In this document: one piece after another, positions 23,594 through 38,400 of the stretch
Layout: each line of letters opens with the position of its first letter
Numbering within the stretch: position 1 is the first letter of the stretch
Source of the DNA: Macrostomum lignano
Lineage: Eukaryota
Reading direction: 5' to 3'
Assembly: GCA_002269645.1 (NCBI GenBank)
Contig: NIVC01001751.1
Span: 1-64,000 of the forward strand
Length of the DNA stretch: 64,000 nt
The notes under the pieces: generated by a model
Database searches by the model: none
Told to the model about the DNA's origin: nothing
The model's input: only the letters and a program-made list of their open reading frames with translations
Position numbers and translations under genes: made by a program

Positions 23594-23710
23594 CTCTACA
23601 CCGAGAGCAAGCCTGACGCCCTGGTGCTAGGTCGCGAGTTCGATCTTGGAAAGAGTTTCATTCCAGAACTGGCCAAACTCATACCAAACGGTTTAATCGT
23701 GTTGCCTTGA
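23594..23710 (+). CDS. USP-fold protein, coding exon 2 (last)
   Basis: ttttttcag|CTC TAC...: LYTESKPDALVLGREFDLGKSFIPELAKLIPNGLIVLP*, in phase with exon 1. DALVLG and terminal LIVLP match USP beta4 and beta5. Confidence 0.65.
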   Translation, partial: LYTESKPDALVLGREFDLGKSFIPELAKLIPNGLIVLP

Positions 23711-24205
23711 CAGTTTATTTTCGATTCAATTTCTGTTTGCTGCATTGTAAAAACTGTCTCTCAGCTTCTGTGATAAACTACTTCGGTTGATACCAATATA
23801 GAAATAGAATATATTCAGTTTGATTTCATTTCCAACTGTAAGTCACAAGTGGTCAATAGATCAATTTAACAGTTTTAAACTAAAACAGAACAGTGCAGTG
23901 TAGGTTCGCACTAAGGTGTATGATATACAATAGGAATACTTTACCTAGGACAGTATCTACCGAGGATTCCAGTATTCACAGGTAAGTCTGGATGCCAACT
24001 ACATATCTAGATTTTGGTGTCCACCACAGGTACTTCACGTTTCGCCACAGTTAGGGTCGGTTGTCCACCAAATGTAGACAATTAAATTAGATAAATAGAC
24101 ATTCTAATCTAAGCTGGCTTCCCACAGGCGCAGGTATTTAGGCGTCCACCAAAACCATCAACAAAAACTATCAAACATATCTGCATGTTGCTAGGCAACA
24201 AGAGT

Positions 24206-24463
24206 TCACTCGGCGTTCTGTCTGTGGCCGCCGGTCCCGCCGCTGCGGCCGTTGCTGCTCCGAGCGGAATCCGGAGGCCGCTCCTGCCGCATGGCCACAT
24301 AGGCGTCCCGGTCCAGGCTGGCCAGCTGGCGCGACAGCCCCGTGTCGGTCAGCCATCGGTTGAACCGCTGCTGCACAGCGTCGGTCAGCTGGCGACGCTG
24401 GCCGGGCGTTAGGCGGCACCGGCTGACCAGCTCCTGGAACTGGCGCTTCCTCTCCATGCGCTC
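24206..24463 (-). CDS. TBCCD1: TBCC domain-containing protein 1, exon 5 (last)
   Basis: ERMERKRQFQELV...LTPGQRRQLTDAVQQRFNRWLTDTGLSRQLASL matches the recalled TBCCD1 C-terminus; acgcag|GAG. Confidence 0.88.
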   Translation of the reverse strand, partial: ERMERKRQFQELVSRCRLTPGQRRQLTDAVQQRFNRWLTDTGLSRQLASLDRDAYVAMRQERPPDSARSSNGRSGGTGGHRQNAE

Positions 24464-24494
24464 CTGCGTTTGACCAGTCGGGTGCCGGATGCGT

Positions 24495-25075
24495 TCTCAG
24501 CCTCTCTCCCTCTCACCCATCAACCTCTCACCCTGGCATCAGCAGCCTCTCTCCCTCTCACCCATCAACCTCTCCCCCTGGCATCAGCAGCCTCCCATCA
24601 TGGCATCATCAGCCTCTTCCCCTGGCATCAGCAGCCTCCCATCATGGCATCATCAGCCTCTCACCCTGGCATCATCAGCCTCCCATCATGGCATCATCAG
24701 CCTCTCACCCTGGCATCATCAGCCTCTTCCCCTGGCATCAGCAGCCTCCCATCATGGCATCATCAGCCTCTTCCCCTGGCATCAGCAGCCTCTCACCCTG
24801 CATCATCAGCCTCTCACCCTGGCATCAGCAGCCTCTCACCCTGGCATCATCAGCCTCTCACCCTGGCATCAGCAGCCTCTCCCCCTTGCATCAGCAGCCT
24901 CTCACCTTGGCATCAGCAGCCTCTCACCCTGGCATCATCAGCCTCTCACCCTGGCATCAGCAGCCTCTCACCCTGGCATCATCAGCCTCTCACCCTGGCA
25001 TCAGCAGCCTCTCACCCTGGCATCAGCAGCCTCTCACCCTCTCATCATGGCATCATCAGCCTCTCACCAGCATCT
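24495..25075. repeat. ~22-bp minisatellite (GGCATCAGCAGCCTCTCACCCT) in TBCCD1 intron 4
   Basis: Visible directly. Confidence 0.93.
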
Positions 25076-25103
25076 TCCCTGGATGCATCGGCCCATCACT
25101 CAC

Positions 25104-25631
25104 CTGAACAGCCTCCTCATACTCCGGCGGCAGCTCTAAGCAGGTGATCTCGGAGTCTTCGCTTTCGCTAAACTGGAACGGCACCGACATCGGGAAGAAG
25201 TCGGCCGGGTGCATTGGCCGCCAGATGCTGGCCGCGGTGACGGAGTGGCCGTCGACAGCGGCACCCGTGAGCAGATGCGGCCTGTTGTACACTCCGGGCG
25301 CTAGTGACTTATTAAGCTTGCATAGTCTCAGACAGCGGCCCAGCTGCGGGAAGCTAGCATGATGAGGCGCCAGCAGAAGCGACTCGCAGCCGGGACCAAT
25401 CACAGGCTGGTTGGGGGTCATCACGTGCAGGGTGCAGCGGACAGACCGGCTGACGCAGAGGCGGCGACAAGCGGCAACCACAACGCAGTCGGAACACTGG
25501 TCAACCAGCAGGGTGCCGGAGCAGGCACCGAGCAGCACCATAGAGCGGGCGCACTTGTGCAGAGAGGCGCTGCGCAGCGGAGTTAACAGGTAGAGCGCCG
25601 AGTCGCTGCACCGCCAAGCTAGGAGGCTGGC
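25104..25631 (-). CDS. TBCCD1: TBCCD1 exon 4 (C-CAP/cofactor C-like domain)
   Basis: RCSDSALYLLTPLRSASLHKC...QCSDCVVVAACRRLCV...LLLAPHHASFPQL; 528 nt, phase 0/0, ccgcag| and CAG|gtgagt. Confidence 0.93.
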
Positions 25632-26066
25632 CTGCGGTATGGAGTGGAGAGGGAAGGAGAAAAACAAGAGAACAACATTCAAACAGGCATTTCTACAGGT
25701 TATGAGCTTTGAACAATCATTTTTAGACACTGCCAATCATATTCAACCAATCTTTCTACTCTAGTCTATGGTCAAAACACCGTCTATGGTCTATGGGACA
25801 GGCAGGGCATTGAATTTTAAAACGCAGAGGAATTAAGTTCAGACAAGTCATGCCCGATGAGCAAATAGAGCTGAAAAATCCACCAGACGAAATCAATCCA
25901 CAGGATTGGCGCCGCGGCCAAGAGTGCAGTCTGGTCTGCTCACACACTGCGTTTCCTGCACCCCCCCCTTGAAAACATCTGTGCATCATTATAAAATGCT
26001 AATTCACAAATATTTTCTAATGGTTCTGAATTTAAACACAGAATTCAACTGCTCCTCGATGCATTA

Positions 26067-26310
26067 AATTCAATGCTCTCCCCGAACACAGTTTAGGCCA
26101 TAGACAATCGTCGAAGCATGGATTGAATATGTTTGATCGTGTCTTGAATTCAATGCTCTCCCCATACACAGTTTTGGCCATAGACAATCATCGAAGCATG
26201 GATTGAATATGGTTGATGCGTCTTGAATTCAATGCTCTCCCCAAACACAGTCTAGGCCATAGACAATCGTCGAAGCATGGATTGAATATGGTTGATCGTG
26301 TCTTGAATTA
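26067..26310. repeat. 80-bp tandem repeat x3 in TBCCD1 intron 3
   Basis: AATTCAATGCTCTCCCC recurs at 26067, 26147 and 26227. Confidence 0.9.
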
Positions 26311-26416
26311 ATTACTCAAACTTCTCTTTAATAATATGAAAAATGCTACATTTATAAAATATCTTATGCTTCACTTTTATGCCTCCTAATTGAAAGGGCT
26401 CAAGAACTATTCTCAC

Positions 26417-26719
26417 CTGGTCGCAGGTGTGCCCGCCCGCTCGGCAGACAGTCTCCCTAGACACAGCATGCAATAGCACGAGTTTGTCAGATGGCGCAGC
26501 TGCTTTATCGGCGTTGCTGCAGACGCGGCCGCGCGGTTTTGGCGCGTCGCTGTGCAACGGCCAGCAGATGCGGGTGGAGCTGGCCATCATGGCCTGGACG
26601 CCCAGCGGGTTCTGGCCCAGATTGGCTATGATCCACGTGGCAAGGGGCCGGCAAGCGAAGCTGCGAGTCACCTTGCTGTAGCCGCTGCTGGCCGCCATGC
26701 GTGGCTGGGCGCCCAGCTC
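26417..26719 (-). CDS. TBCCD1: TBCCD1 exon 3
   Basis: ELGAQPRMAASSGYSKVTRSF...LGQNPLG...VLLHAVSRETV; ctcgcag|GAG and CAG|gtgaga; 303 nt. Confidence 0.87.
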
Positions 26720-26770
26720 CTGCGAGATGGACGGCGGGGAGCAGCCTGTGTTGCTGATTGCAGATGCTAG

Positions 26771-27140
26771 GGAGCGGAGAGGCGGATTCCAGGGCTGAGG
26801 TATGGGAGCGGAGAGGCGGATTCCAGGGCTGAGGTATGGGAGCGGAGAGGCGGATTCCAGGGCTGAGGTATGGGAGCGGACAGGCGGATTCCAGAGCTGA
26901 GGTATGGGAGCGGACAGGCGGATTCCAGAGCTGAGGTATGGGAGCGGACAGGCGGATTCCAGGACACTGAGGGAGCGGACAGGCGGATTCCAGAGCTGAG
27001 GTATGGGAGCGGACAGGCGGATTCCAGGACACTGAGGTAGCGGAGAGGCGGATTCGAGGACACTGAGGTAGCGGAGAGGCGGATTCGAGGACACTGAGGT
27101 AGCGGAGAGGCGGATTCCAGGACACTGAGGTAGCGGAGAG
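26771..27140. repeat. 31-34-bp minisatellite (GGAGCGGAGAGGCGGATTCCAGGGCTGAGGTATG) in TBCCD1 intron 2
   Basis: Visible directly; about 11 copies. Confidence 0.93.
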
Positions 27141-27268
27141 GGAGGTTGAAAACTGACTGCTTGCAACCATGCCCGAAAGACTAATTGGTCCTAAAGAGAC
27201 AAAGCTACTAGCAACTGCACTACTGTAAGTAGCAAGTAAGTAAAAGAATAATAAAGGCGCAGTCAAAC

Positions 27269-27566
27269 CTGAACAGTGCGCACAGTCCTGCCGCCATCGT
27301 CGGAGCCGGCCAGCAGGAGTCGGAGAGCGTCGGCTGCCTCGCGCGACAACTGCACATTGTCGCTGTAGGCATCCGACTCAGCTAGAAGGTCGAGAAGTTC
27401 GCGCAGATTCTCCTGCACAAAGGCGACGTGGGTCTGCTCGTCCTGGCACTTACCAGCGGCGGAGGCTGTCAGGGAGGCGGCCAGGCCGCCGCTGCCACCG
27501 CCGCCGAGGCTGCTCTCGCTGGCGTCACCCTCAGCTCGGGGCCATTCAGCGCTGGTTGTCTGGTGG
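27269..27566 (-). CDS. TBCCD1: TBCCD1 exon 2
   Basis: HQTTSAEWPR...THVAFVQENLRELLDLL...SREAADALRLLLAG...RTVRTVQ; phase 2/0 consistent with neighbouring exons. Confidence 0.87.
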
Positions 27567-27589
27567 CTGCGTACGTATGTATTAATAAA

Positions 27590-27825
27590 ATAGTAATTAT
27601 TATTAATAATAATTGATTACACCTGCCCTAATGTTCAGTCCAAAGACCGGGGGGGGGGCCCTCAATTACCCCAGCTAATGCTGGCACCCATTTTACAGCT
27701 GGGTGAGCTGAAGCAATGCAAAGTTAAGTGTCTTGCTTAAGGACACAAATTGTTCCGAGTGGGTCTGGAATCGAGCCTCCGACCTTTCAGTCACGAGTTC
27801 GACACTAGCCACTAGGCTTTAACCC
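27590..27825 (-). mobile_element. CORE-type SINE family 1, copy 3 (internally deleted), in TBCCD1 intron 1
   Basis: Reverse complement matches the head, core and tail (CATTAGGGCAGGTGTAATCA) of 22553-22862. Confidence 0.85.
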
Positions 27826-28006
27826 TTGTAAATTAGTAATTAATAGTCATTAAGACGAGACGAGAAATTTTAACATAGAAAAGATAGGGCCATAGTTACA
27901 ATCAGTTTGCATGAAGGGGTTCGGGTTGCGCACTCTCTGTGCTTTGGAAACTTTTCTTGGAAATCTATGATCACATATTTGAAGAAATTATCGCTAGGCA
28001 ACGCAC

Positions 28007-28512
28007 CTCCGACGCAGATTAATAGCATTAATCTTCTGCATATAGAGAAATATAACAAAGGTGAACAGGTCAACGCTCTGCTGATTGCGCACAGTCTCCT
28101 GGGCTGAGCTGCCGCCTCTGTTGGCCTCCTCGTGAAGGCGGCACTCCAGCTCGCTGAGCCGGTCCGGATTAGTGCCGCAGGTCATCATGCAGGCGTGGAA
28201 CATCAGCCAGGCCACGTCCGAGCCGCTGGCCAGGTGCTCCGAGGCGAATAGTCGCCACACCGGGAAGGTGAGCTGCGGGAATCCGCTGGCGCCCTTGCTG
28301 CGGGCGTGCAGCACCAGTTTGCGCAGGTTTTTCGGCGTCAACCGCTGGCAGGGACTGACGGGGAACACGGCGAATGTCAGCGGCTCGAATCGGACCCAGA
28401 ATGTTATGGAGGATTTGCCGCCAGTTGCCGTCAGCGTTGCCGAAGTTGACGAGGACGAGCGCGATCCGGAAGATGACGGCCGGCTGCCGCTGTACTGGAA
28501 GTTGGCCGACAT
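28007..28512 (-). CDS. TBCCD1: TBCCD1 exon 1
   Basis: M...FWVRFEPL...NLRKLV...FPQLTFPVWR...VAWLMF...VDLFTFVIFLYMQKIN, homologous to the recalled TBCCD1 N-terminus; donor AG|gtgcgt. Confidence 0.87.
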
Positions 28513-28609
28513 CCTGACTGTGCAAGGCGTCGGCTCGGAGCTGTCGGCTGAAGAGGCGGCAGGCAGTTTTGCTTGACTCAGCCTTGGTGGACAGTGAGAC
28601 TGTCAACTG

Positions 28610-29280
28610 TTCGGATCTATCCACCCCCTGCTCAGATAGATCTATCCATCCGCTGCTCGGATCTATCCATACACTGCTCAGATAGATCTAACCACCCACT
28701 CACTGCTCAGATAGATCTAACCACCCACTGCTCAGATATATCTATCCACCTGCTGCTCAGATCTATCCATACACTGCTCAGATAGATCTAACCACCCACT
28801 GCTCAGATAGATCTAACCACCCACTGCTCAGATAGATCTAACCACCCACTCACTGCTCAGATAGATCTAACCACCCACTGCTCAGATAGATCTATCCATC
28901 CGCTGCTCGGATCTATCCATACACTGCTCAGATAGATCTAACCACCCACTCACTGCTCAGATAGATCTAACCACCCACTGCTCAGATATATCTATCCACC
29001 CACTGCTCAGATATATCTATCCACCTGCTGCTCAGATCTATCCATACACTGCTCAGATAGATCTAACCACCCACTGCTCAGATAGATCTAACCACCCACT
29101 GCTCAGATAGATCTAACCACCCACTGCTCATGCTCAGATACATCAACCAGCTTTTCAGATCCATCTACCACCTACTCAGATTGATCCCACACCTACTCAA
29201 ATCGATCCCCCATCTACTCAGATCGATCCACCATCTACTCAGATCGATCCACCACCTACTCAGATCTATTCACACTCTAC
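28610..29280. repeat. 25-29-bp minisatellite (ACTGCTCAGATAGATCTAACCACCC) degrading to ~22-bp units, upstream of TBCCD1
   Basis: Visible directly. Confidence 0.92.
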
Positions 29281-29815
29281 TCATAACTGGTAAAGAAGGT
29301 TAAGGCAAAATGTAGTGCAATTCCAACAAGCACTCTAACAAATGCACGCCAAGCAAATACTTGATTGCGCAACTCAAACGAAGCGAGGATTGTCGCTTTA
29401 ATCTTTTAATAACATGCGCGTAACAGACTACTTAATAAATTCGCAGTTAATGCATTAATTATACATAAAATATTTAAATAAGCACTAAAATAAAGCAAAT
29501 AGAACTAATTGATTAGAACAATAAAATAGTTTAGTTAGTAACACATACGCTGTCTAACAGAGTTCAAAAGGCGCCTATGATATTATTAATAACATATTGG
29601 ATCACAACACTGCATTTTATCTGTGCGTGTGAAACGCATTGGAAGACTGACTCAATAGAGTAGATATTAGGCAGTACCAGTTAAACACATGCGGCTGGTA
29701 CAGTATTCTTCCAATGTAACGAAGAGAAAAATCAATTAGTGGAAGCAGGCAGTAGAGAGACTAGCGCTTAAAAGTGGGATCTCTGTCTATTGGGATATCT
29801 ATTAATATAATATTA

Positions 29816-32467
<2,652 letters not shown>

Positions 32468-35400
32468 CGAGGCCAACTCCTCCTCTGGAGGAGAAAGGGG
32501 AAGAACTCCCATCACCGGAATTCCATTCCCTGAAATCCATCAGCTGAAATTCCATGACTTGAATCCCATCTTCCAAATCATCTCCAAATCCTCTGTAAAG
32601 CCTTTCAAATACCATATCTTGTTTTCCCTGTTCGCAAAAACTGACTGCCATTGTCCAGACTCAGATTCTTCTGTCTCCTCTCTTCTCTTTTCTCTCCTCT
32701 CACGTCTCTCATCTCTACCACCTTATTTATCTCTTCTCCCTCGTCTTTCGTCTTTCTCTTCTGTCTCCTTTATCCCCTGTTTTCTCCTCTCTCCTCTCTC
32801 CTCTCTTCTCTCCTCTCTCATCTCTCATCCCTCATGCCTCATCTCACTATTTCTTTCTCCTCTACTCTCAGCTCCTCTCTTCTCTCTCCTCTCATCTCTC
32901 CTGTCTCCCTCTGCTATCTCATATATTCCCTCTCATCTCCTCTCTCCTCTTTTCTTCTCTCTCCCTCTTCGTTCCCGCCTTACTCCCCTCTTCTCTCCCA
33001 TCTGTCATGTCTAATCTTTCCTCTCTCATCTCTACTCTCTTTTCTATAATCTCTTCTCTCTTCTCTTTTCACTCTTCTCTTTACTCTCTTTACTGACTGA
33101 CTGAAGATACCAAATCCATCAAAATCCCTCCGTGAAACAGAAATCCTCTCCGCGAAACAGAAATCCTCTCCGCGAAACAGAAATCCTCTCCGTGAAACTG
33201 GGCTCCATGGAAATCCTCTGAGTGAAACTGACATCCATCAAAATCGTCTCCGTAAAACAGAAATACATCTAAATTCTCTCCACGAAAAATAAATCCTCTC
33301 CGTGAAACCGAAAACCATCAGAATACTCCGTGAAACTGGACTCAATCGAAATTTTCTCTGTCAAAAAGAACTTAACTTTCAGAATTCATTGGTTAGGGTT
33401 AGGGTTCGAGCTGCACAGAGCTGCGTGTTGAATTAATTGAATCAATTAATTGCGCAAACCATTTCTCAGTCAGACAGTATCAGTCTTATTTAAAGTTAAA
33501 TAAACAGTTGCGCAATCTAAATCAACCCTCCAATACACAGCAGCAGTGAGAAGTTGAACCCTCCCCCAACTTTATCTATTACGTCTCGCAAAACTAAGTA
33601 CAATCTTTGCAGAAAGTTAAAAGTATGAAAATAGTTTTTCAAATGCTGTGCTTTTTCTTTTCATATATAAAGCAAACAACTTATATCCCCAAACTCAGCG
33701 TTGCAAGATCTTTCCAGCAATATAAGTCTCTCCTCTCAAAGTTTAAAACTCGAGGAACAGTTAGCGTTTGAAATTTACCGATTTCCCGACTGCTTGCTAG
33801 AGAAGCTCGCAAGTTTATTCATTGAATTTCACTGCCAAACTAATACACAGGGCTGCCAATAATAAAACCAAATGAATCTCGACACAGTCTATCTATTTAC
33901 ACTGTACAACTGCTATGTACACTCAGCCCAAGCCCAACCCCCCAGTCTGGGGGAATCATTAAATTGAACTTAACCCCCCAACACGCGGGGGGTTTTATTT
34001 GCATTGAACGCAGAACACGCGCACCCACCACCCCTCAATACACAGCGGCCCGCGGGCGGAGGTTGGGGTGGCTATTTTTACAAACTGGCTGAAGCCCCAG
34101 GCAGAGTGACCAAAGAAGGTTATTGGGGGTTAAAAAAGCAGTTTTCTGCTTTTTTAGGGATGTTAAAATGTGAAAATTAAAAATTAAAATAGCCTAAAGC
34201 CTGCTCCGGAAAATTTGCAGTTTTCCCATATAAGTTTCGACGTTGACTTGGCAGAATTGTAGGAGTTCACTTGCTACATACAGACAGACAGACATACAGA
34301 CAGACAAACATCGCGTCGGTTTTAGTATTAGGACGAGTGGAACTCCTCCTTCGGAGGAGAAAGGGGAAGAACTCCCATCACCGGAATTCTATTCCCTGAA
34401 ATATCCATCAACTGAAATTCCATGTCTTTAACCCTATCTTCCAAATCGTCTCCAAATTCTTTACAAAATCTTTCAAAGACCATAGCTCAAAGACTCTTAC
34501 GTCTCTCATATCTACTCTCTCCTCTCTTCGCTATTATCGTGACTCGCTTCTCTCTCCTCTCTCTCATCTCATCTCTACCCCTACTCTCTTATTTATCTCT
34601 ACTCCCTTATTTATCTCTTCTCCCTCGTCTTTCGTCTGTACCCTATCCTGTCTACTCTCCTATCTTCTATCTTATCTCTCCCCTTTTCTCTCCTCTCTCA
34701 TATCTAATCTCTAATCACTTATCTATCGTCTCCGCTCTACTTTCTCTCTTCTTTTTTCTCTCTTCTCTCTGCTCTCATTTCTCGTATCTCTTATACGCTC
34801 TCACCCTCTCCTTTCTTATCTCCCATCTTTCTTCCCTCCTTTCTACTGCATCACCTGTCTCCTCTCTTCTCTTTTCTCTCCTCTCCATTCTCTCTTCTCT
34901 ACTCTCATCTCCCCTCATCTCTTCTCTAATCTCTAATCTCTTCTCTCTCTTATTTTCTCACTCATCTCTTTTCTCATTGCATCTCTCATCTCTCCTCTCT
35001 CTCTCTCCTCTCATCTGTACTATCTTTTTTATCTCTTCTCCCAGGTCTTTCAAATTTACTCTCTCCTGTCTCCTCTCTCCCCTCGTCTTTCCTCTCTCAT
35101 ATCTCTTCTCTACTCACTTATATATTCTCTCTCCTCTGCTCCCCTTTTACACTTTCCTATATGCTCTCACTCTCACCCTCCCCTTTCTTATCTGCTGTTT
35201 TTACACTCCTTTCTACCACCTGTCTCCTCTCGTTTCTCTCCTCTCTGCACTCTCATCTTTACCCTCTTCTTTCTCCTCACTACTTTCTTCTCTTAAATCT
35301 CTGATCTCTGATCTTTCATCTCTCTCCTCTCACCTCTCACCTCTCTCCTCTCTTTCCTCTCTTCTATTGCCTCTGTACGCTCTTGTCCCTCCTTTCTTCT

Positions 35401-38400
35401 CCATCCTGTCTCCTCTCTGCAATCTCATATCTCCTCTCTCATATCCTCTCCCTTCATCTCCTCTCTCCTCTTCTCTTCTCTCTCCTTCGTTCCCGCCTTA
35501 CTTTCCTCTTCTCTCCCATCTGTCATGTCTAATCTCTCCACTCATTTCTACTCTGTTTTCTATCATCTCATCTCTCTTCTCTTTTCATTCTTCTCTTTAC
35601 TCTCTTCTCTGACTGATTGAAGATGCCAAATCCATCAAGATCCTCTCCGCGAAGCAGAAATCCTGTCCGTGCAACTGAAAACCATCGAAATCCTCTCCGT
35701 GAAACTGGACTCCTTCGAAATCCTCTCCTTGAAACTTAAATCCATCAAAATCGTCTCCATAAAACAGAAATCAATCATAAATTATCTCCGCGAAACAGAA
35801 ATCCTCTCCGTGAAGCTGAACATCATCGAAATCCTCTCCGTGAAACTGAACACCTTCGAAATCCTCTCCGTGAAACTGAACACCTTCGAAATCCTCTCCT
35901 TGAAACTTAAATCTATCAAAATCGTCTCCATAAAGCAGAAATCAATCATAAATTTAACTCCGCGAAACAGAAATCCTCTCCGTGAAGCTGAACATCATCA
36001 AAATCCTCTCCGTGAAACTGAGCACCATCGAAATCCTCTCCACGAAACAGAAATCCTCTTTGTCAAAATTAAAACATTGAAATCGTCTCCGCTAAACTGG
36101 ACTCAATCAATTTTTTCCGTCAAACAACTCAACTCTCCGGATTCATTGGTTAGGGTTAGGGTTAGGGTTAGAACTACGCACAGCTTCGTGTTAAAAGGCA
36201 CTGATAAACTATTGAACTAATTGAATCAATTCATTGCGCAACCGATTTCACAGTCAGTCAGTATCAGTCTCAGTTAAAGTTAACAAAAACATTGCGCAAT
36301 CTAAATCAACCCTCCAATACAAAGCAACTGACCCCCTTCCTATACACAGCGCCAGTTGGAAGTCGAAACCCCCAACTTTATCTCTCACCTCTCGCCAAAA
36401 TGAGTACAATCTTTGCAGAAAGTTTAAAGTATGGAAATAGTTTTTGCAATGCAGAGCTTTTAGTTTTCATATTTGAAGCAAACAATTTATATCCCTGAAA
36501 TCAGCTTTGCAAGTTCTTTCCAGCAATATAAATTTTTTCTCTCAAAGTTAAAAACTCGAGCAACAGTTTGCGTTTGAAACTTTCTGATTTAAAGCATTGA
36601 AATATCGATTGTACGTTCACTGCCTGCTAAAGAGGCCCGCAAGTTTATGCATTGAATTTCAACGTTCAACAAAATCACAGGGCTGCCTATTGAAAATTAG
36701 AACACAAATCTTTGCGCAATTGTCTATACAGTCAGCCAGTGAGCCAGGGTCCGATTGTACACAGGCAGCCATTTAGAACGCCCCATCCCCCCACTGGAGA
36801 GAAAATACACTGCAGAGATAGGGAAAAGTTGTGGCGCAATCACTTGAAATTCATGCAAATTTTCAGCTCCAAGCAGAAAGAGGGGACAATTAAGATTATC
36901 AAAGGTCAAGACCGCCGTTTTCTGCTTTTTTGAGGATTTTAGAAATTAAAATTTCAGAATTAAAATAGCCTATAGCCGACCTCGGATAATTTCCAATCTT
37001 CCCATATAAGTTTCAACGCTGAGTTGCCACTATTCAAGGAGGAGTTGTCGAAATGACAGACAGACACACAGACAGACAGACAAACAACGCGTCAACTTTA
37101 GTATATACGAGTGGAACTCCTCCTTCGGAGGAGAAAGGGGAAGAACTCCCATCACTGGAATTCCATTCCCTGAAGTATCCATCAACTGAAATTCCATGTC
37201 TTGAACCCTATCTTCCAAATCGTCTCCAAATTCTTTACAAAACCTTTCAAAGACCATAGCTCAAAGACTTTCACGTCTCTCACATCTCCTCTCTCCTCTC
37301 TTCGCTATTATCGTGACTCTCTTCTCTCTCCTCTCTCTCATCTCATCTCTACCCCTACTCCCTTATTTATCTCTTCTCCCTCGTCTTTCGTCTGTACCTT
37401 CTCTTGTCTCTTGTCTCCTCTCTTCTCTCATATCTCTCCTCTTCACTTCTGTCTCCTGTCTCCTCTCTTCTCTCTTATCTCTCCCTCTTCTCTCCTCTCT
37501 CATATGTCATCTCTACTCACTTATCTATCGTATCTCTTAACCCTCTCTCTCTTCTCTTTTCTCTTCTCTCTGCTCTCATTTCTCATATCTCATATACGCT
37601 CTCACACTCTACTTTCTTGTCTCCCATCTTTCTTTCCTCCTTTCCACTTTTCCCTGTCTCTTCTCTTCTCTCTTTTCTATCCTCTCCATTCTCTCTTTTC
37701 TCCTCCCCTCGCTCCTTTTATCTTCTCCCCTCTCTTCTCTAATCTCTTCTCTCTTCTCTCTTATGTTCTCACTCATCTCTTATCATCGCATCTCTCATCT
37801 CTCCTCTCCTCACTACTTTCGTCTCTTAACTCTCTTATCTATTTCATCTCTCTCCTCTCTCCTCTTTCTCTTCTCCTCTCGCTTCTTCTCTCGCTTCTCT
37901 CTCCTATCTCTCCTCTCATCTCTACTACCGTATTTATATATTCTAACTGGTCCTTCGTCTCTACTCTCTCCTTTCTCCTTTCTCCCCTCTTTTCTCCCTT
38001 CTTGTCTCTCCTGTCTCCCCTCCTCTCTCATCCCTCATCCCCTCATCTCACTCTTTCTTTCTCCTCTACTCTCCCCTCTCTTCTATTTTCTCTGTACGCT
38101 CTTATCCCTAATCTATTTTCTCTCCTCTCTCCTCTTTTCTTCTCTCTCCCTCTTCGTTCCCGCCTAAATCCCCTCTTATCTCCAATCTGTCATGTCTAAT
38201 ATCTCCACTTATTTCTACTCTGTTTTCTATCATCTCATCTCTCTTCTGCTTTCATTCTTCTCTTTACTCTTTTCTCTGACTGATTGAAGATGCCAAATCC
38301 ATCAAGATCCTCTCCGCGAAGCAGAAATCCTGTCCGTGCAACTGAAAACCATCGAAATCCTCTCCGTGAAACTGGACTTCTTCGAAATCCTTTCCGTGAA

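Noticed and set aside
26720-26766. Alternative TBCCD1 acceptor at ccctag (26767)
   Set aside because: Wrong phase for the exon 2 donor; the acceptor at 26720 restores phase and alignment with TBCCD1 homologues.
28169-28624. 151-aa ORF as the TBCCD1 N-terminus, implying a frameshift
   Set aside because: The overlapping frame 27994-28512 carries the TBCCD1-like motifs from its own ATG, and all exon phases close without an indel.
35669-36220. 183-aa ORF (IEILSVKL repeats), also at 43725-44276, as a transposase or LRR protein
   Set aside because: Arises from 21-30-bp subrepeats of the B unit, starts at a non-ATG codon, and the frame is not kept in other units. No Rep or helicase motifs anywhere in the array.
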